DNA of 63,593 nucleotides, filler included, from Octopus bimaculoides (GCF_001194135.2; 5 parts of 5 records of this genome joined end to end with filler, not necessarily neighbours in it); one strand, 5' to 3'; shown: positions 1 through 13,326, counted from the first letter of the whole stretch. Numbers and translations are program-made. The notes: a model not told the origin generated them from the letters alone.

Positions 1-33
<33 letters not shown>

Positions 34-538
34 ATATATATATATGTCTGGCCTGTGTGTGTGTAATACCTTGTTTTACTATTTCTGTGAATTTCATACG
101 TGTGAATTTGTGTATAGTATGTTGGGGCATGTATGCGCTTATTTGGGTTTCTTACGCGTGTATATGTGCGCCTGTATGTGTGTGCGTGTGTGCTCGCGCG
201 CGCGTTCGTGCTTGTGTGCATTGCTTCAAGATTCCTTGTTAATGGTCTGAAGCTAATCCAATATGGCCTCCGTTACTAATTAATTCTGACGTCACTACGT
301 TTAACCAAATAACTTCTTATGAATCTTTTGTAATTACGTACGACATGATTCTCTCCCTTCTTTTCTTCTCTCTTCTTTTTGGTATCGACGGACTTTCTCT
401 TCTCCTTTATTCCCAGTGTTGTTCTTATTTTCCCTTTTGCTCCCCCTTTTCCTTCCGCCCCTGCTCCTGCTTCTTCTCGTTCTGGTATTTCTTCTGCACT
501 TGTTATTGATGATGATGATGCTGCAGCTATTATTCGGA

Positions 539-592
<54 letters not shown>

Positions 593-691
593 TTATGTTT
601 GACTTTTGTTTTGCATTTGTAAAGCTGGATCCAAGTCTCACCCAGATACCTCAAGAGACAACAAGTTAGAAGTTCATGTAAGTGTTTATTA

Positions 692-727
<36 letters not shown>

Positions 728-733
728 GGCGTA

Positions 734-890
734 GGAGTGGCTGTGGTAAGCAGCTTGATTACGAACCACATGGTTCCGGGTTCAGTCCCACCGCGTGGCA
801 CCTTCGGCAAGTGTCTTCTACTATGGCCTAGAGTCGATCAAAGCCTTGTGAGTAGATTTTGTAGACGTAAACTGAAAGAAGCCCGTCGTA

Positions 891-935
<45 letters not shown>

Positions 936-1016
936 NNNNNNNNNNNNNNNNNNNNNNNNNNNNNNNNNNNNNNNNNNNNNNNNNNNNNNNNNNNNNNNNN
1001 NNNNNNNNNNNNNNNN

Positions 1017-1057
<41 letters not shown>

Positions 1058-1266
1058 GTGTGTGTGTATATGTTTGTGTGTCTGTGTTTATCCCCCAACA
1101 TCGTTTGACAACCGATGCTGGTGTGTATATATCCCCGTAACTTAGGGGTTCGGCAAAATAGACCGATAGAATAAGTACCAGGCTTACAAAGAACAAGTCC
1201 TGGTGTCGATTTGCTCGACTAAAAGGCGGTGCTCCAGTATGGCCACAGTCAAGTAAAAAGTAAAGT
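734..1266 (+). mobile_element. tRNA-derived SINE, family A (GAGTGGCTGTG..GGTAAG head, internal TA/TG microsatellite, ...CAGTCAA/GTAAAAAG tail)
   Basis: A-box/B-box-like head (GTGGTAAG...GGTTCAGTCCC), CTTCGGCAAGTGTCTTCTACTAT core; near-identical copies at 24574, 25227, 32444, 35518. Confidence 0.85.
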
Positions 1267-1289
1267 GTATTATTGATGTTGTTGTTGTT

Positions 1290-1428
1290 GTGGAGGCGCA
1301 ATGGCCTAGTGGTTAGGGCAGAGGACTCGCGGTTTTGATTCCTCAACCGGGCGTTATGTGTGTTTATTTAGCGAAAACACCTAATAGCTCCACGAGGCTC
1401 CGGCAGGGGGTGGTGGCGACCCCTGAAG
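1290..1428 (+). mobile_element. tRNA-derived SINE, family B, 3'-truncated copy
   Basis: GTGGAGGCGCAATGGCCTAGTGGTTAGGGCAG head shared with full copies at 29639 and 43057. Confidence 0.8.
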
Positions 1429-1584
1429 TACTGCGTAATTGGGGACAAAAGTTGGTGGTCGGATGTAATATAAACGTCTTTTAATTGCCTTAATTGTGAA
1501 AAATATTTTCAATTTCTATTTCGCATGCAAATCACCGGGTAATTTTTCTGGTTGAAATGTTGTTTTAATATTACATATTATATT

Positions 1585-1912
1585 TGGTTCCAGGTTCAAT
1601 CCCACTGCGCGGCAGTTTGGGCAAGTGTCTTCTATTATAACTCCAGGCCTTCCAAATCTTTGTGGCTGGATTTGGTAGATGGAAACTGAAACTTGCCCAT
1701 ACACACAAACATACACACACATGCAGACGTATGTGTGATTGTGTTTTTCTCCATTCAACGCTTGACAACCGCTGTTGGTTTGTTTACGTCCCCTTACTCT
1801 AACGGTTCGGCAAAAGGTGACCGATTGAATAAATACCAGGCCAGTAAGTATTAGAGTTGACGCATTCGATTAAACCTTCAGTACCGTGCTCCAGTATGGT
1901 CGCAGTCAAGTG
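1585..1912 (+). mobile_element. SINE family A, diverged 5'-truncated copy
   Basis: GGTTCAATCCCACTGCGC...TTGGGCAAGTGTCTTCTATTATA...GCTCCAGTATGGTCGCAGTCAAG. Confidence 0.75.
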
Positions 1913-3064
1913 GCTTTTAATAGGGTTTAACCTGTCGGGAGCCATTTTTGACGTGTATTTAATTTTGTTAAAGAGTCGTAAGGAATCATTGAAAAAGTAA
2001 TAGCGAAAAAAAAAAGGGTTAGGAAAGGGGACAGTTATAGGTGTTCGGGAAGCATTGATTTAACGATGGGGCCCAAATTCCCTTTTTCAACAATATGGGT
2101 CAGTTGACAATTTACAGAACTAAGTTCGAAACCAGCCTATATTTCCCAGACACAGTACTGCATCAGATAGGTTCGGAGTTCAATCCATTTGCGTGACATC
2201 CCGGACAAATAACAATTTCTATAGCCTTAAGGTTCTGCAATGCCTTGAGAGTAAACTTGGATAAGTGGAGACAACAGAGAATCCCCTTATTCAAAAGTGC
2301 ATTCCTGTGTCAAGCTGATTCTGTCTGAGAATTACTTTAAAAAATACTCAGCCACTTACACGCTAATTCAGGAGCAGGTAATTCAGTTTATCAAACAACT
2401 GAATCCTCATCGTTGTACGACAGAGATCCATCTATCCATAGTGTGTGATTCGAGAAAGATGGCGTTAATATTTCTAGCCGAGTGGCTCTTCTTCTTCTTC
2501 GTTGTAGTTAAAACTTTTCTAAATCAATTAATCAGAAACTAAGAGAGATAATTAAAAACTTTAAAAAATTAGTAATAATGATAATAATATATAACTAAAT
2601 ATATAAATGACAAAAATATCTAACTCATAAATATCATTTCATTTCATAGAGTAGAGTGTGTGTGTGTGTGTGTGTATCTGTGTGCTTGAGGTTGTGCGTG
2701 TGAGTGAGTTTGTGTAAGTGCGTATGTAACACACACATGCACACATATATACGCATATATATATCATATGTATACATATATATATATACATATATTTATA
2801 TATATATATATACGTATATATATGTATATATATTGTATTTATATATATATGTATATATATGTATGTATATATAATGTATGCATATATATACACATATGTA
2901 TACATACATATATATACATATATATGTGAATGTATATGTATGTATGTATGCGTGTGTGTGTGTGTGTATCTATGTACATATGCATGTATGCTTATAGGAA
3001 GACAGAGAAGATTGATGATGCCTACTGAGGAAATATATAGTACTATATATATAGTAACGAACAG

Positions 3065-3123
<59 letters not shown>

Positions 3124-3434
3124 GTGTGTGCGTGTGTTCACGGATGTAATTTTGTATATATGTATCTATCTAACTCCTTACACACACACACAGGTTTACT
3201 CGCTCCTGCATATACGTATATGTACTGGCACTTGTGCATGTGTGTGTGTGTGTGCTTATGTGTCTGCATGTATTCGCGCGCGCGTGTGTTTGCAGTCTGT
3301 GGGAAATATGTTGTTTGATCGTCAGCTGCGTGAAGACTGTTAGCCATAGGGTATCTTATATAGAAAGCGAAGTGTTGGCTATAAAACACAACCGAAGACA
3401 GCGTGATGGCTGTAGTTCGACGCCATATTTATAA

Positions 3435-3492
<58 letters not shown>

Positions 3493-3923
3493 NNNNNNNN
3501 NNNNNNNNNNNNNNNNNNNNNNNNNNNNNNNNNNNNNNNNNNNNNNNNNNNNNNNNNNNNNNNNNNNNNNNNNNNNNNNNNNNNNNNNNNNNNNNNNNNN
3601 NNNNNNNNNNNNNNNNNNNNNNNNNNNNNNNNNNNNNNNNNNNNNNNNNNNNNNNNNNNNNNNNNNNNNNNNNNNNNNNNNNNNNNNNNNNNNNNNNNNN
3701 NNNNNNNNNNNNNNNNNNNNNNNNNNNNNNNNNNNNNNNNNNNNNNNNNNNNNNNNNNNNNNNNNNNNNNNNNNNNNNNNNNNNNNNNNNNNNNNNNNNN
3801 NNNNNNNNNNNNNNNNNNNNNNNNNNNNNNNNNNNNNNNNNNNNNNNNNNNNNNNNNNNNNNNNNNNNNNNNNNNNNNNNNNNNNNNNNNNNNNNNNNNN
3901 NNNNNNNNNNNNNNNNNNNNNNN

Positions 3924-3964
<41 letters not shown>

Positions 3965-4589
3965 CTAGGAATTTTGTTGTGTATATTTTTAAAGCGAATG
4001 GATCTTGGTTGGTTTCGACGATGATTATGCAGATGTACGATCACTTGAATTACATTTTATGCATATTAGCTCATATGTAGTCGAGTATTCCATAGACAAA
4101 TACATTTTTTATTCTCAGCATAGACACTGTGAGATATTGCATAATATGGCTGGTCTGATACATTCCGCCAACGGGATGTGTAGGATTCTGCATAGTTTCG
4201 TCTACCCAATTTTACTCACAGTTTATGGGCCGACCCGAGGCTATAGAAAATGACATACACACAAAAAAGCGTAGAATATTTATTTACGTATTGCATAGCT
4301 AATTTGCATAAATGAAATGAAAATGAACTACAAGAAATAATTGAGAGAGGCCGGTGGTATATTTTTTTTTGAATAACCAAATCTAATTAGGGTATATTAA
4401 ATAACGTATAAGAAAAGTTCGTGACTTGTAGAAATCATGCCCGCCTGAGGAAAGGGCAGACTAATCGTTTGGCGGCGACTCTGGTTTCCGTATTTTCCCT
4501 TTTACTTTGTTGCAAACCAATAGGGAATAAATGGAACGAAGCGAACATTTCAAAACGTGTCTTCTATTATGCATACATACATACATGCG

Positions 4590-4830
4590 GGAAGAGGCAT
4601 TCTAACAATGCGTCCTGCCGTAACACTTCGAAACGCTTAGTTTTAGAATGGTGGCAGCTGATGAAGGAAATGTTCTCTATGTGGCCTGTGTGTTTTCTGT
4701 GCTCTGCTTATGTTCTGTTTCTCATTTTGTCCACGTTTGTTTGTAACGTCCTGTACCCAGATATGCATCTATATATGCATGTAGATGTAGGTATGTACAT
4801 ACATGTACTTATATATGCATATACTCACAT
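4590..4830 (+). mobile_element. Penelope-like/retrozyme-like dispersed repeat (family H) containing hammerhead core motifs
   Basis: GCGTCCTGCC..CTTCGAAACGC..GGCAGCTGATGAAGG..ATGTTCTCTATGTGGCC..TGTACCCAGATATGCA block; homologous copies at 5340, 11921, 12490, 48110. Confidence 0.7.
4610..4669 (+). ncRNA. candidate hammerhead ribozyme with non-standard strand order
   Basis: GUC triplet, GAAA and CUGAUGA cores with in-register pairings CUGCC/GGCAG (stem I), GCGU/ACGC (stem III) and UUC/GGA (stem II, after one extra A). Confidence 0.55.
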
Positions 4831-4857
4831 ATAATTTGTATTATTACACACACACAT

Positions 4858-4904
<47 letters not shown>

Positions 4905-5002
4905 NNNNNNNNNNNNNNNNNNNNNNNNNNNNNNNNNNNNNNNNNNNNNNNNNNNNNNNNNNNNNNNNNNNNNNNNNNNNNNNNNNNNNNNNNNNNNNNN
5001 NN

Positions 5003-5065
<63 letters not shown>

Positions 5066-5339
5066 GAGAGAGATAGTTAGATAGCTACTGGAAAGGGTAC
5101 TGAAAAATTCGTAGCATTAAGGGTGTCGCGAAATGCCTGGTTGGAGGGCCATCTTTCGAAATTCTTATACAGAGCTTATAAAAAACTGAAAGACTGCTGC
5201 AATAACTGTGTGAATCTGAGAGGGGAATATGTTGATTAAAATCATAATTAACTTATGCTCCTGTATTTTATTTTATCACAAAGCCAAGAACTTTTTAGCA
5301 GCCCCTCGTGTGTGTGTGTATCTGTATATGCATATATCG

Positions 5340-5510
5340 GTGTTTTAATGGTGGCAGCTGATGAAGGATATGTTCTCTATGTGGCCTGCTTGCTTTTTGT
5401 GCCTTGTTTATCAATTTGTCCATGTTTTTTGCAACATCATGTACCCAGATATGTATCTATATGTACATGTAGATGAAGGTATGTACATACATGTACATAT
5501 ACTCATATAT
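5340..5510 (+). mobile_element. family H repeat, 5'-truncated copy
   Basis: GGTGGCAGCTGATGAAGGATATGTTCTCTATGTGGCC...GTACCCAGATATG. Confidence 0.7.
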
Positions 5511-6137
5511 TGTTTATATATATATATATACATGGCTATGTGCATGTATTTGTATATCTATCTATCTATATCTATATCTACACACACACACACGCACACG
5601 CACGCACACACGCACGCACACGCACACACACACACACTCATACACACACACACACACGCACACACACACACATATATAATAGAAAACACGTCTAGAAATG
5701 TTCGCTTCGTTCCATTTATTCCCCGTTGGTCTGCGACAAAGTAAAAGAGAAAATACTGAAACGAGAGTCGATGCCACAAAACGATTACATTGCAACACGT
5801 ACGAAAGCATTCTTGGCGGGATTATCCAACAAATTCCTGTACAGGGTTGAATTAATCCCGAGGATGGATTACAACATGACGTATCATTTAGTGAAATGGC
5901 AGATTCGATAATATCTTCACATGAAAAACTCACATAAAACTCTCATATAACAAAAATACAATTGTAATCCTGCTTGTGAGGGAAAACTAATTTGACTTGC
6001 CCACTGGATAGTTGCAAAACTCATCACGTAGCTTAATTAAAATAGCTCGTGCTTAATAAGATGATTATCAATGCTCGTTTAAAGTGAAAAAGCTTATGCA
6101 TACATACATACATACATACGTACATACATATACACAC

Positions 6138-6168
<31 letters not shown>

Positions 6169-6277
6169 CACACACATACAACATACATACATACATACGT
6201 ACATACATACATACAGAGATACAGATATGTGTGTGTGTATACATAAACACACATATGTGTATAGATATATACGTCTA

Positions 6278-6328
<51 letters not shown>

Positions 6329-6765
6329 ATTCACACATGAATGTGCGTGTATATGTCATTATCTCTATACAAAAGAGAAGATAACGGCAGTATGCCATGG
6401 AGACCAATTTTACGTTAAATGAAACGCAACGAACAATGCCAGCCATAAATAATCAAGCAGATAGCAAAAACAATCTCAACACGAGTTTAATTAACGCAAA
6501 ATTTCAAAACATTACATGTATGGACAGAGTATAAAGAATTCTTCATTTAAAGGAGGAAGCGGGCGTTATTTTTATTTTTCAGTTGTCTTATTTTCATCGT
6601 GTGATTTCATTGCAAAATCGAGCGTAGCGCTGCGCGATATGAAGGCGTGCGGTGTTTTGTCTCAAATTTGTATTTCTTTTGTGTTATATTGTATAGTACC
6701 TAACGGGGTTGTATTTTATGTAAGGTATGATATTTTCATTACGTATTTGTCTAAATTTGTTTTAA

Positions 6766-6972
6766 CCCTTTAGCATTCAGATCACTGTTAAATGCAATGC
6801 TTGTTTATCCACAATGTTTTGAACTAGTCATATATTATCCTATAATTTTGAGATTTCAATGATGAGATTGTTTAATTTTAGAATGACATTGTAGGGTATG
6901 TGTGAGAAACCATCTCTGGTCAGATTAAACATAAAACAAGGCCTGATATGGCCGGTTTTAAACCTAAAAGCG
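6766..6972. mobile_element. piggyBac-like MITE
   Basis: TTAA at 6762-6765 and 6973-6976 flanking CCCTTTAGCATT...AACCTAAAAGCG degenerate terminal inverted repeats; no ORF. Confidence 0.6.
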
Positions 6973-7316
6973 TTAATTATTCTTATGATACCATATAATT
7001 ATTAGTATTGTTTCTGGTTTAAACCCAGTATTCCGATAATCTCCGTGTCCTAATTCTTGTATTAGAATTTTTAAAACAGTTTTGACCGCAAACAAAACGC
7101 TTGAGGCCGCTGTAGCGTCAGGGACGAATACAACGAAAGTAAAGAAGTGGTCTACAAATTCAAAGGAAGTATCCTGAGAGATAAGTCAGCCGAGCGCAAG
7201 ATCCTGCTAGCGTGCCCCATGCTGATCAGACCAAACAAGGCCTGTTATGGACCATGTCTTTCAAGAGGTAATAGTAGAACAAACTTGGACCTAACAAGAA
7301 CAAGAACCACCACATT

Positions 7317-7368
<52 letters not shown>

Positions 7369-7591
7369 GTTGCTGCTGCTGCATATTGGTTTCAAATATT
7401 GGCATAAGGCCAGCAATTTCGGAGGTGAGCGTAAGTCGATTACGCCCCACCCCACCNNNNNNNNNNNNNNNNNNNNNNNNNNNNNNNNNNNNNNNNNNNN
7501 NNNNNNNNNNNNNNNNNNNNNNNNNNNNNNNNNNNNNNNNNNNNNNNNNNNNNNNNNNNNNNNNNNNNNNNNNNNNNNNNNNNNNNNNNNN

Positions 7592-8160
7592 CCACCACCA
7601 CCACCACCACCACCACCACTACCACTGTCCATAACATCACATTTTCCTCTTCACTGTCACAACTACAACTCCACTACCACCACCATCACCACTACCACCA
7701 CCACCACTACTACCACCATCACTACCCCCACCTCACTACTACATCCACCACCACCACCACCACTACTAACACTACCACCATTACAATAACCATCACTACC
7801 AGCACTTCACTACTACAACCACTACCACTACCACTACTATTATCGTCTGTACCACAACCACCGCCACCACTACAATCACCACCACCACTATCACCATTAC
7901 CATTACTATTTCTACACCAACCACTACCATCACCACAACCACCATCACTACTACAAACATCACTACCATCACCACCACCACTACCATTACTGTATGGACA
8001 ACCATCACCAACACCAACACCAGCATCACCATAATCACCATAAATATTCTATACCATAGTTAGTCATCTATTATAATTACTAGTTCTTACCTATGTTGAC
8101 CCTTACAACAACCCGAGCCACAACTAGAAACACCACTGCTACCATGACAACGACCAACAT
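7592..8160. repeat. degenerate (ACC/ACT)n trinucleotide low-complexity tract
   Basis: Direct reading; source of spurious poly-T/poly-V ORFs. Confidence 0.9.
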
Positions 8161-9476
8161 CAACAGGATCAACGTCATCTACGAATTCCCAAGCTCTGTT
8201 TTCCGTGAAGTACGGACCGTGTCATGCTGGTTTATATCGCAGTTTACCTGTCAGCGTATACAGAGCCGCCTCAACGACTTCGTTTAAACTGGCGAAGGTA
8301 ATGGAAGAGACAAGCCAAGGAAGTTTGATTGAATATTTCCGTTCTACTTTTGCCGATTAATCTTTGCCAAGATCGGATTTAAAAGTTGACCGCTACAAGT
8401 GGATTAAAACACTCTTTTAACTTACTTCATTTTTTCCCCTCCTTTATCTTCAAATGTCTCTTAATCTTTACTTTCGATTTTTTTCTTTTTTCTTGTTTGT
8501 TGATGTAGTAGATTTTGGATCAAACTTAGTTCTCTGCGGCTTTTATTCCACTCTCAAACGTCCATGTTTCTTTCTTTTCATCTGAAATAGTTTTGATATA
8601 TTTTATAATCTTTCCCCAGATGCAAATGATCTACTTATATGGCCTTACTATCTTTTCATGTAACTATTGTTCCAAATTTAATAACATTCTAGGCAAAAAT
8701 CTATTTAGAATTTCTGCGGATTGAATACAAAAATAGAGCTAACGTAACCTTCTTGCTCAATACCTTGCTTTCAGAAGTTGGTTTCGTCTTTTTTTTTTAT
8801 TTAAATGTTATTCATGATGCGTGTGTTGCTTACCATTTTCAATACTTTTCGATCTATTGTATATATTTCCACATCTTTTCCTCATCTTTCCCCCATGTGT
8901 TGTCGTCTGTTATTTTTTTTTTCCTAGTTCTATGTAATCCCATGTTGCGTATACATTTTTAGAAGCATTTTTTTAACGTCATTACTTCCACATATCGTCG
9001 CCTGCTTTAACTACCATTTCTATAAATTCTCATATTATACATGCATTTCAAAAATACCTTTTTATCATTCTCTCTTCCTTAACCTTCTGCCGTCTCTTTC
9101 AATCATTTCTGTTCAATCATTTCTTTGTAACACCAATATTTTATTTTCCCTCATTTTCTTTTACAATGTTATCTTTTTAACTTTTCCTTATTATCTCTTA
9201 CACATTCATGTCTGTTTCAACTTTTTCCTTTACAATATCATGTTCCTATACTTGTACATGCATATATATATGCACATAGACAAAAATATACAACAGAGAC
9301 ACACACAAACACGCACACACGTACATACAAGAACACAAACACACACATATGTATAACACATTATATACATCTTTATATATATATATAATACACACACGCA
9401 CACACATATATATATATGCTAAACCCATACCCACACATATATTTATGTATGTAAGTTATGTAAGCGTGAATGTATG

Positions 9477-9517
<41 letters not shown>

Positions 9518-9624
9518 TTATGTATATACACATAAACTCACACCCTCACACCCTCACACACACATATACATATTTGTATAAATTTATATATGCATATGCA
9601 TACATACATATATATGTATATATA

Positions 9625-9695
<71 letters not shown>

Positions 9696-10206
9696 ATGTA
9701 TGCATACATACATACATATTCCATAGTCGAACTTGGAAAAACTTTTTGGGGAAACCTAAAGCACGAGCATCAATGGTTTCCTTCACTCTTCTGTTCGACA
9801 CAATAGGTGTTATAAATACTTGGATATTGGTGAAAATCTATTTTATAAAGCTGTTGTGAAGAAACGCAGAGCGACTGAAGAACATTATGCAAGCCACAAA
9901 GCAATATGACCGTGGGAGTTATTATTTTTTTTATGCAGTAAGACAATGTGTCAGAATGAGTTTTCAGAAAGAGTTATGATAGAAAGAATCTGGATATTTG
10001 ACTGGACTGTAGAAAAAGTCTATTCCATTGAAAATAAATCCTGCAAGATTCCGGAAGCTTCTACATGTATAGTAATATCGACCTCAGGATATAAGTCGAG
10101 AAAAAGGCTTACAATCAATCTGAGCAGTTTTTGAATATCTTATTTAGTTATAATCTACCAAACTAGAGTAACTGAAGGAAAGTATTTCCCATTGTCTCTC
10201 TCCAGT

Positions 10207-10256
<50 letters not shown>

Positions 10257-11132
10257 TCAAAACAAAGTCCATTGCCAAATATTGCTGTAATCGGGTAATG
10301 ATTTCGGGGTTTTACTGTATACGGCTGGAGAAGCAATACTGTATTTTCCGGCATAAATCTCGAATTTTTCAGACCAAGATGTACAGCCAATGAAAGGTAA
10401 GTCGACATATACATGAAGACACCTTTGGAGGACTAAAAATTTGAAATCTAGTAATGATTTGTGAATGGTTATGCTACGTCGACTTGTACGCTGGAAAACA
10501 TGGCATTTCGTTTTGGGGAATGCACTGGACTGTAATGCATTGGGCATTTATTTCGAACTGGTAGCGACTTGAGATATGTCCTTCTTGTGCTGATTCTATT
10601 TCATCCCAAAGTAGCTATTCTTAAAAGCATCTTCTTAAGAGATGTGGACATGAGCATAACTATACAGAGCGGAAATATAATAAATCAGGAATTTTAATTT
10701 TGGAGCAAAACTCGCAAATAGTTACAGGAAAATGAAAAATGGTACTTCAGCGATTAAAAACAATATCATTTTGAGCAGTTTCAACTAATACTGTTAAAAA
10801 CAACGGCAACAGCAGCAGGGACAGCAATATATTTTGTTAAAAATAAAAACAAATCCTTTCAAATGAGGAAAAAATGTTGTTCTCAGCAACACAAACAGAA
10901 CTGGTGGCAATTCTTTCGCTAAAGTTGTTAGCAATAGAAAAGAAATGAAAGTTTGCAGTCTAATGGAAGAAAGGTCCTTAAAGTGGCGAAAATAAATATG
11001 AATGGAAGGTGACCCCATTCTGAGGTCGTTATCAAGCAAGGAAGAACATCTCATATCTCTACATCCCTAAAGGAAACATAAGTTATGCCCTCAAGTAACA
11101 GCTGGCAATATCACTAATCAGGTCATCGAAAG

Positions 11133-11178
<46 letters not shown>

Positions 11179-11920
11179 AATGTATGTATCGTCATTAGTT
11201 TATATATCCTAAATAGAAACACACTCTAAAACATTATACNNNNNNNNNNNNNNNNNNNNNNNNNNNNNNNNNNNNNNNNNNNNNNNNNNNNNNNNNNNNN
11301 NNNNNNNNNNNNNNNNNNNNNNNNNNNNNNNNNNNNNNNNNNNNNNNNNNNNNNNNNNNNNNNNNNNNNNNNNNNNNNNNNNNNNNNNNNNNNNNNNNNN
11401 NNNNNNNNNNNNNNNNNNNNNNNNNNNNNNNNNNNNNNNNNNNNNNNNNNNNNNNNNNNNNNNNNNNNNNNNNNNNNNNNNNNNNNNNNNNNNNNNNNNN
11501 NNNNNNNNNNNNNNNNNNNNNNNNNNNNNNNNNNNNNNNNNNNNNNNNNNNNNNNNNNNNNNNNNNNNNNNNNNNNNNNNNNNNNNNNNNNNNNNNNNNN
11601 NNNNNNNNNNNNNNNNNNNNNNNNNNNNNNNNNNNNNNNNNNNNNNNNNNNNNNNNNNNNNNNNNNNNNNNNNNNNNNNNNNNNNNNNNNNNNNNNNNNN
11701 NNNNNNNNNNNNNNNNNNNNNNNNNNNNNNNNNNNNNNNNNNNNNNNNNNNNNNNNNNNNNNNNNNNNNNNNNNNNNNNNNNNNNNNNNNNNNNNNNNNN
11801 NNNNNNNNNNNNNNNNNNNNNNNNNNNNNNNNNNNNNNNNNNNNNNNNNNNNNNNNNNNNNNNNNNNNNNNNNNNNNNNNNNNNNNNNNNNNNNNNNNNN
11901 NNNNNNNNNNNNNNNNNNNN

Positions 11921-11978
11921 CTACTTCATCAGCTACCCCCGTTTTAACACCGGCGTTTCGAAGAGCTGGGCAGGACGC
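11921..11978 (-). ncRNA. candidate permuted hammerhead ribozyme, copy 2
   Basis: GCGTC-CTGCC-cagct-CTTC-GAAA-CGC-15nt-GGTAG-CTGATGA-AGTAG on the minus strand. Confidence 0.55.
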
Positions 11979-12685
11979 ATCGCTAAAACGGCTCTTCCCA
12001 TGGACCGCAAATTAAATTTGTATACGCAAATTAAATCTTGCCATGGAGGAATGTAGTGGCGGACACAAAACAAGACAGGAAAACAAACAGAAAAGGCTTT
12101 ACGGCCAGACGAGAAAAAGTATGTGTGTATGAACGCTGTGAGGCACGAACTTGAAAGTAGGGACGAGGTAGTTCACGTGTTTGCTCGGCGATAGCCAAGG
12201 AAGAAAAGGATTATTGACCGGAAGCATGTGACCATGCCGGTGTAAGGGGAAGAGAGAGAGTGGCAGAGAGAGAAACAAAGGGAGGAAGTAGAAGAATAGG
12301 TGATCAAGGAGAGGAAAAGAGAAAGAGAGGAAGTACGAGGGGACAAAAAAGAGATACGTAGTAGTAACAGAGGAAGAACGAGAGGGGTAAAGCGAGATAC
12401 GTAGTAGTAAAGAGGAAGAATGAGAGGGGGAAAATGATAGAGGAAGAGAAAGAGATAGAGTAGCGTCGGAAAATATGAAGTTACGAAAACTACTTACAAC
12501 AAATAGTAAATGAGTATATGCATATATACGTACAGGCATGTGCGTACCGACATCCACCTGTATGTATAGGTGCATATGTGGGTACAGGACATTGCAAACA
12601 AAGCGTAGAGGAGAAAGCACACAAGCCACATAGAGAACATTCTACTTCATCAGCTACCTCCGTTTTAACACCGGCGTTTCGATGT
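11921..12685 (-). mobile_element. family H repeat, head-to-tail tandem (period 721 bp) running into an N gap
   Basis: CGAAACGCCGGTGTTAAAACGG(G/A)GGTAGCTGATGAAGTAG occurs at 11921-11960 and 12642-12681. Confidence 0.75.
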
Positions 12686-13326
12686 ATATGTATATTGTAA
12701 ATTAGCGCTTCCGTACGTTCGTAGTAATCATCAGATTTCAAAATGTATTGACTGACAGTTGAGTCGAGTTCTTGACAACTGTAGTAAAATAACTGACTTC
12801 TTCCTTTTTACACCTTTCAGAAGGCTCCGACAAGCTGAATTTTCCGAATACGGTTTTGACCAATCAGCATGCAGTTTAAACGTCACGGTTTGCTGGGTGC
12901 AGTGATATTACTGGCATAGATCCCACCTTTATTTTAATCAATTAGCTTGCCGTTTACATGTAATAGTTTTATGAGTGACCGAACTTATATGAGTTTATCA
13001 GAAGGTTTAACTGTTCCAATATAGGTGTACGGGTACGGTGGCATATGAGGACATATGACGGCTTTCGAGACGAGGTGGAGGTGGTTATCTCTGGTGCTAA
13101 TTTTATCAGTTTGATATATTAAGGGAGTTAAAAGAAGAGTTCAGTAAGTTGAAGAGTTCCCTAAGTTGATTTGCAACGAAGTATGAAAACATGAAATGTT
13201 TCGGGAACTTGCCTTTCAATGTATAGAAGTGAAGTGAGCCTATTCGCAACACGGGGAATGAAAGAGGGAATAAATTAAGAAAATAACGCAGAGACATGAC
13301 AGGGAGAGAGACAGAGACAGAGAAGA

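Noticed and set aside
258-294. CCAAT box and TGACGTCA (CRE) close together
   Set aside because: Short motifs expected by chance; no nearby transcription start or gene.
6397-6534. Short ORF METNFTLNETQ...NITCMDRV with four N-glycosylation sequons, like a receptor N-terminus
   Set aside because: Stops after 45 codons, has no downstream TM segments or good donor, and Asn is frequent in AT-rich frames.
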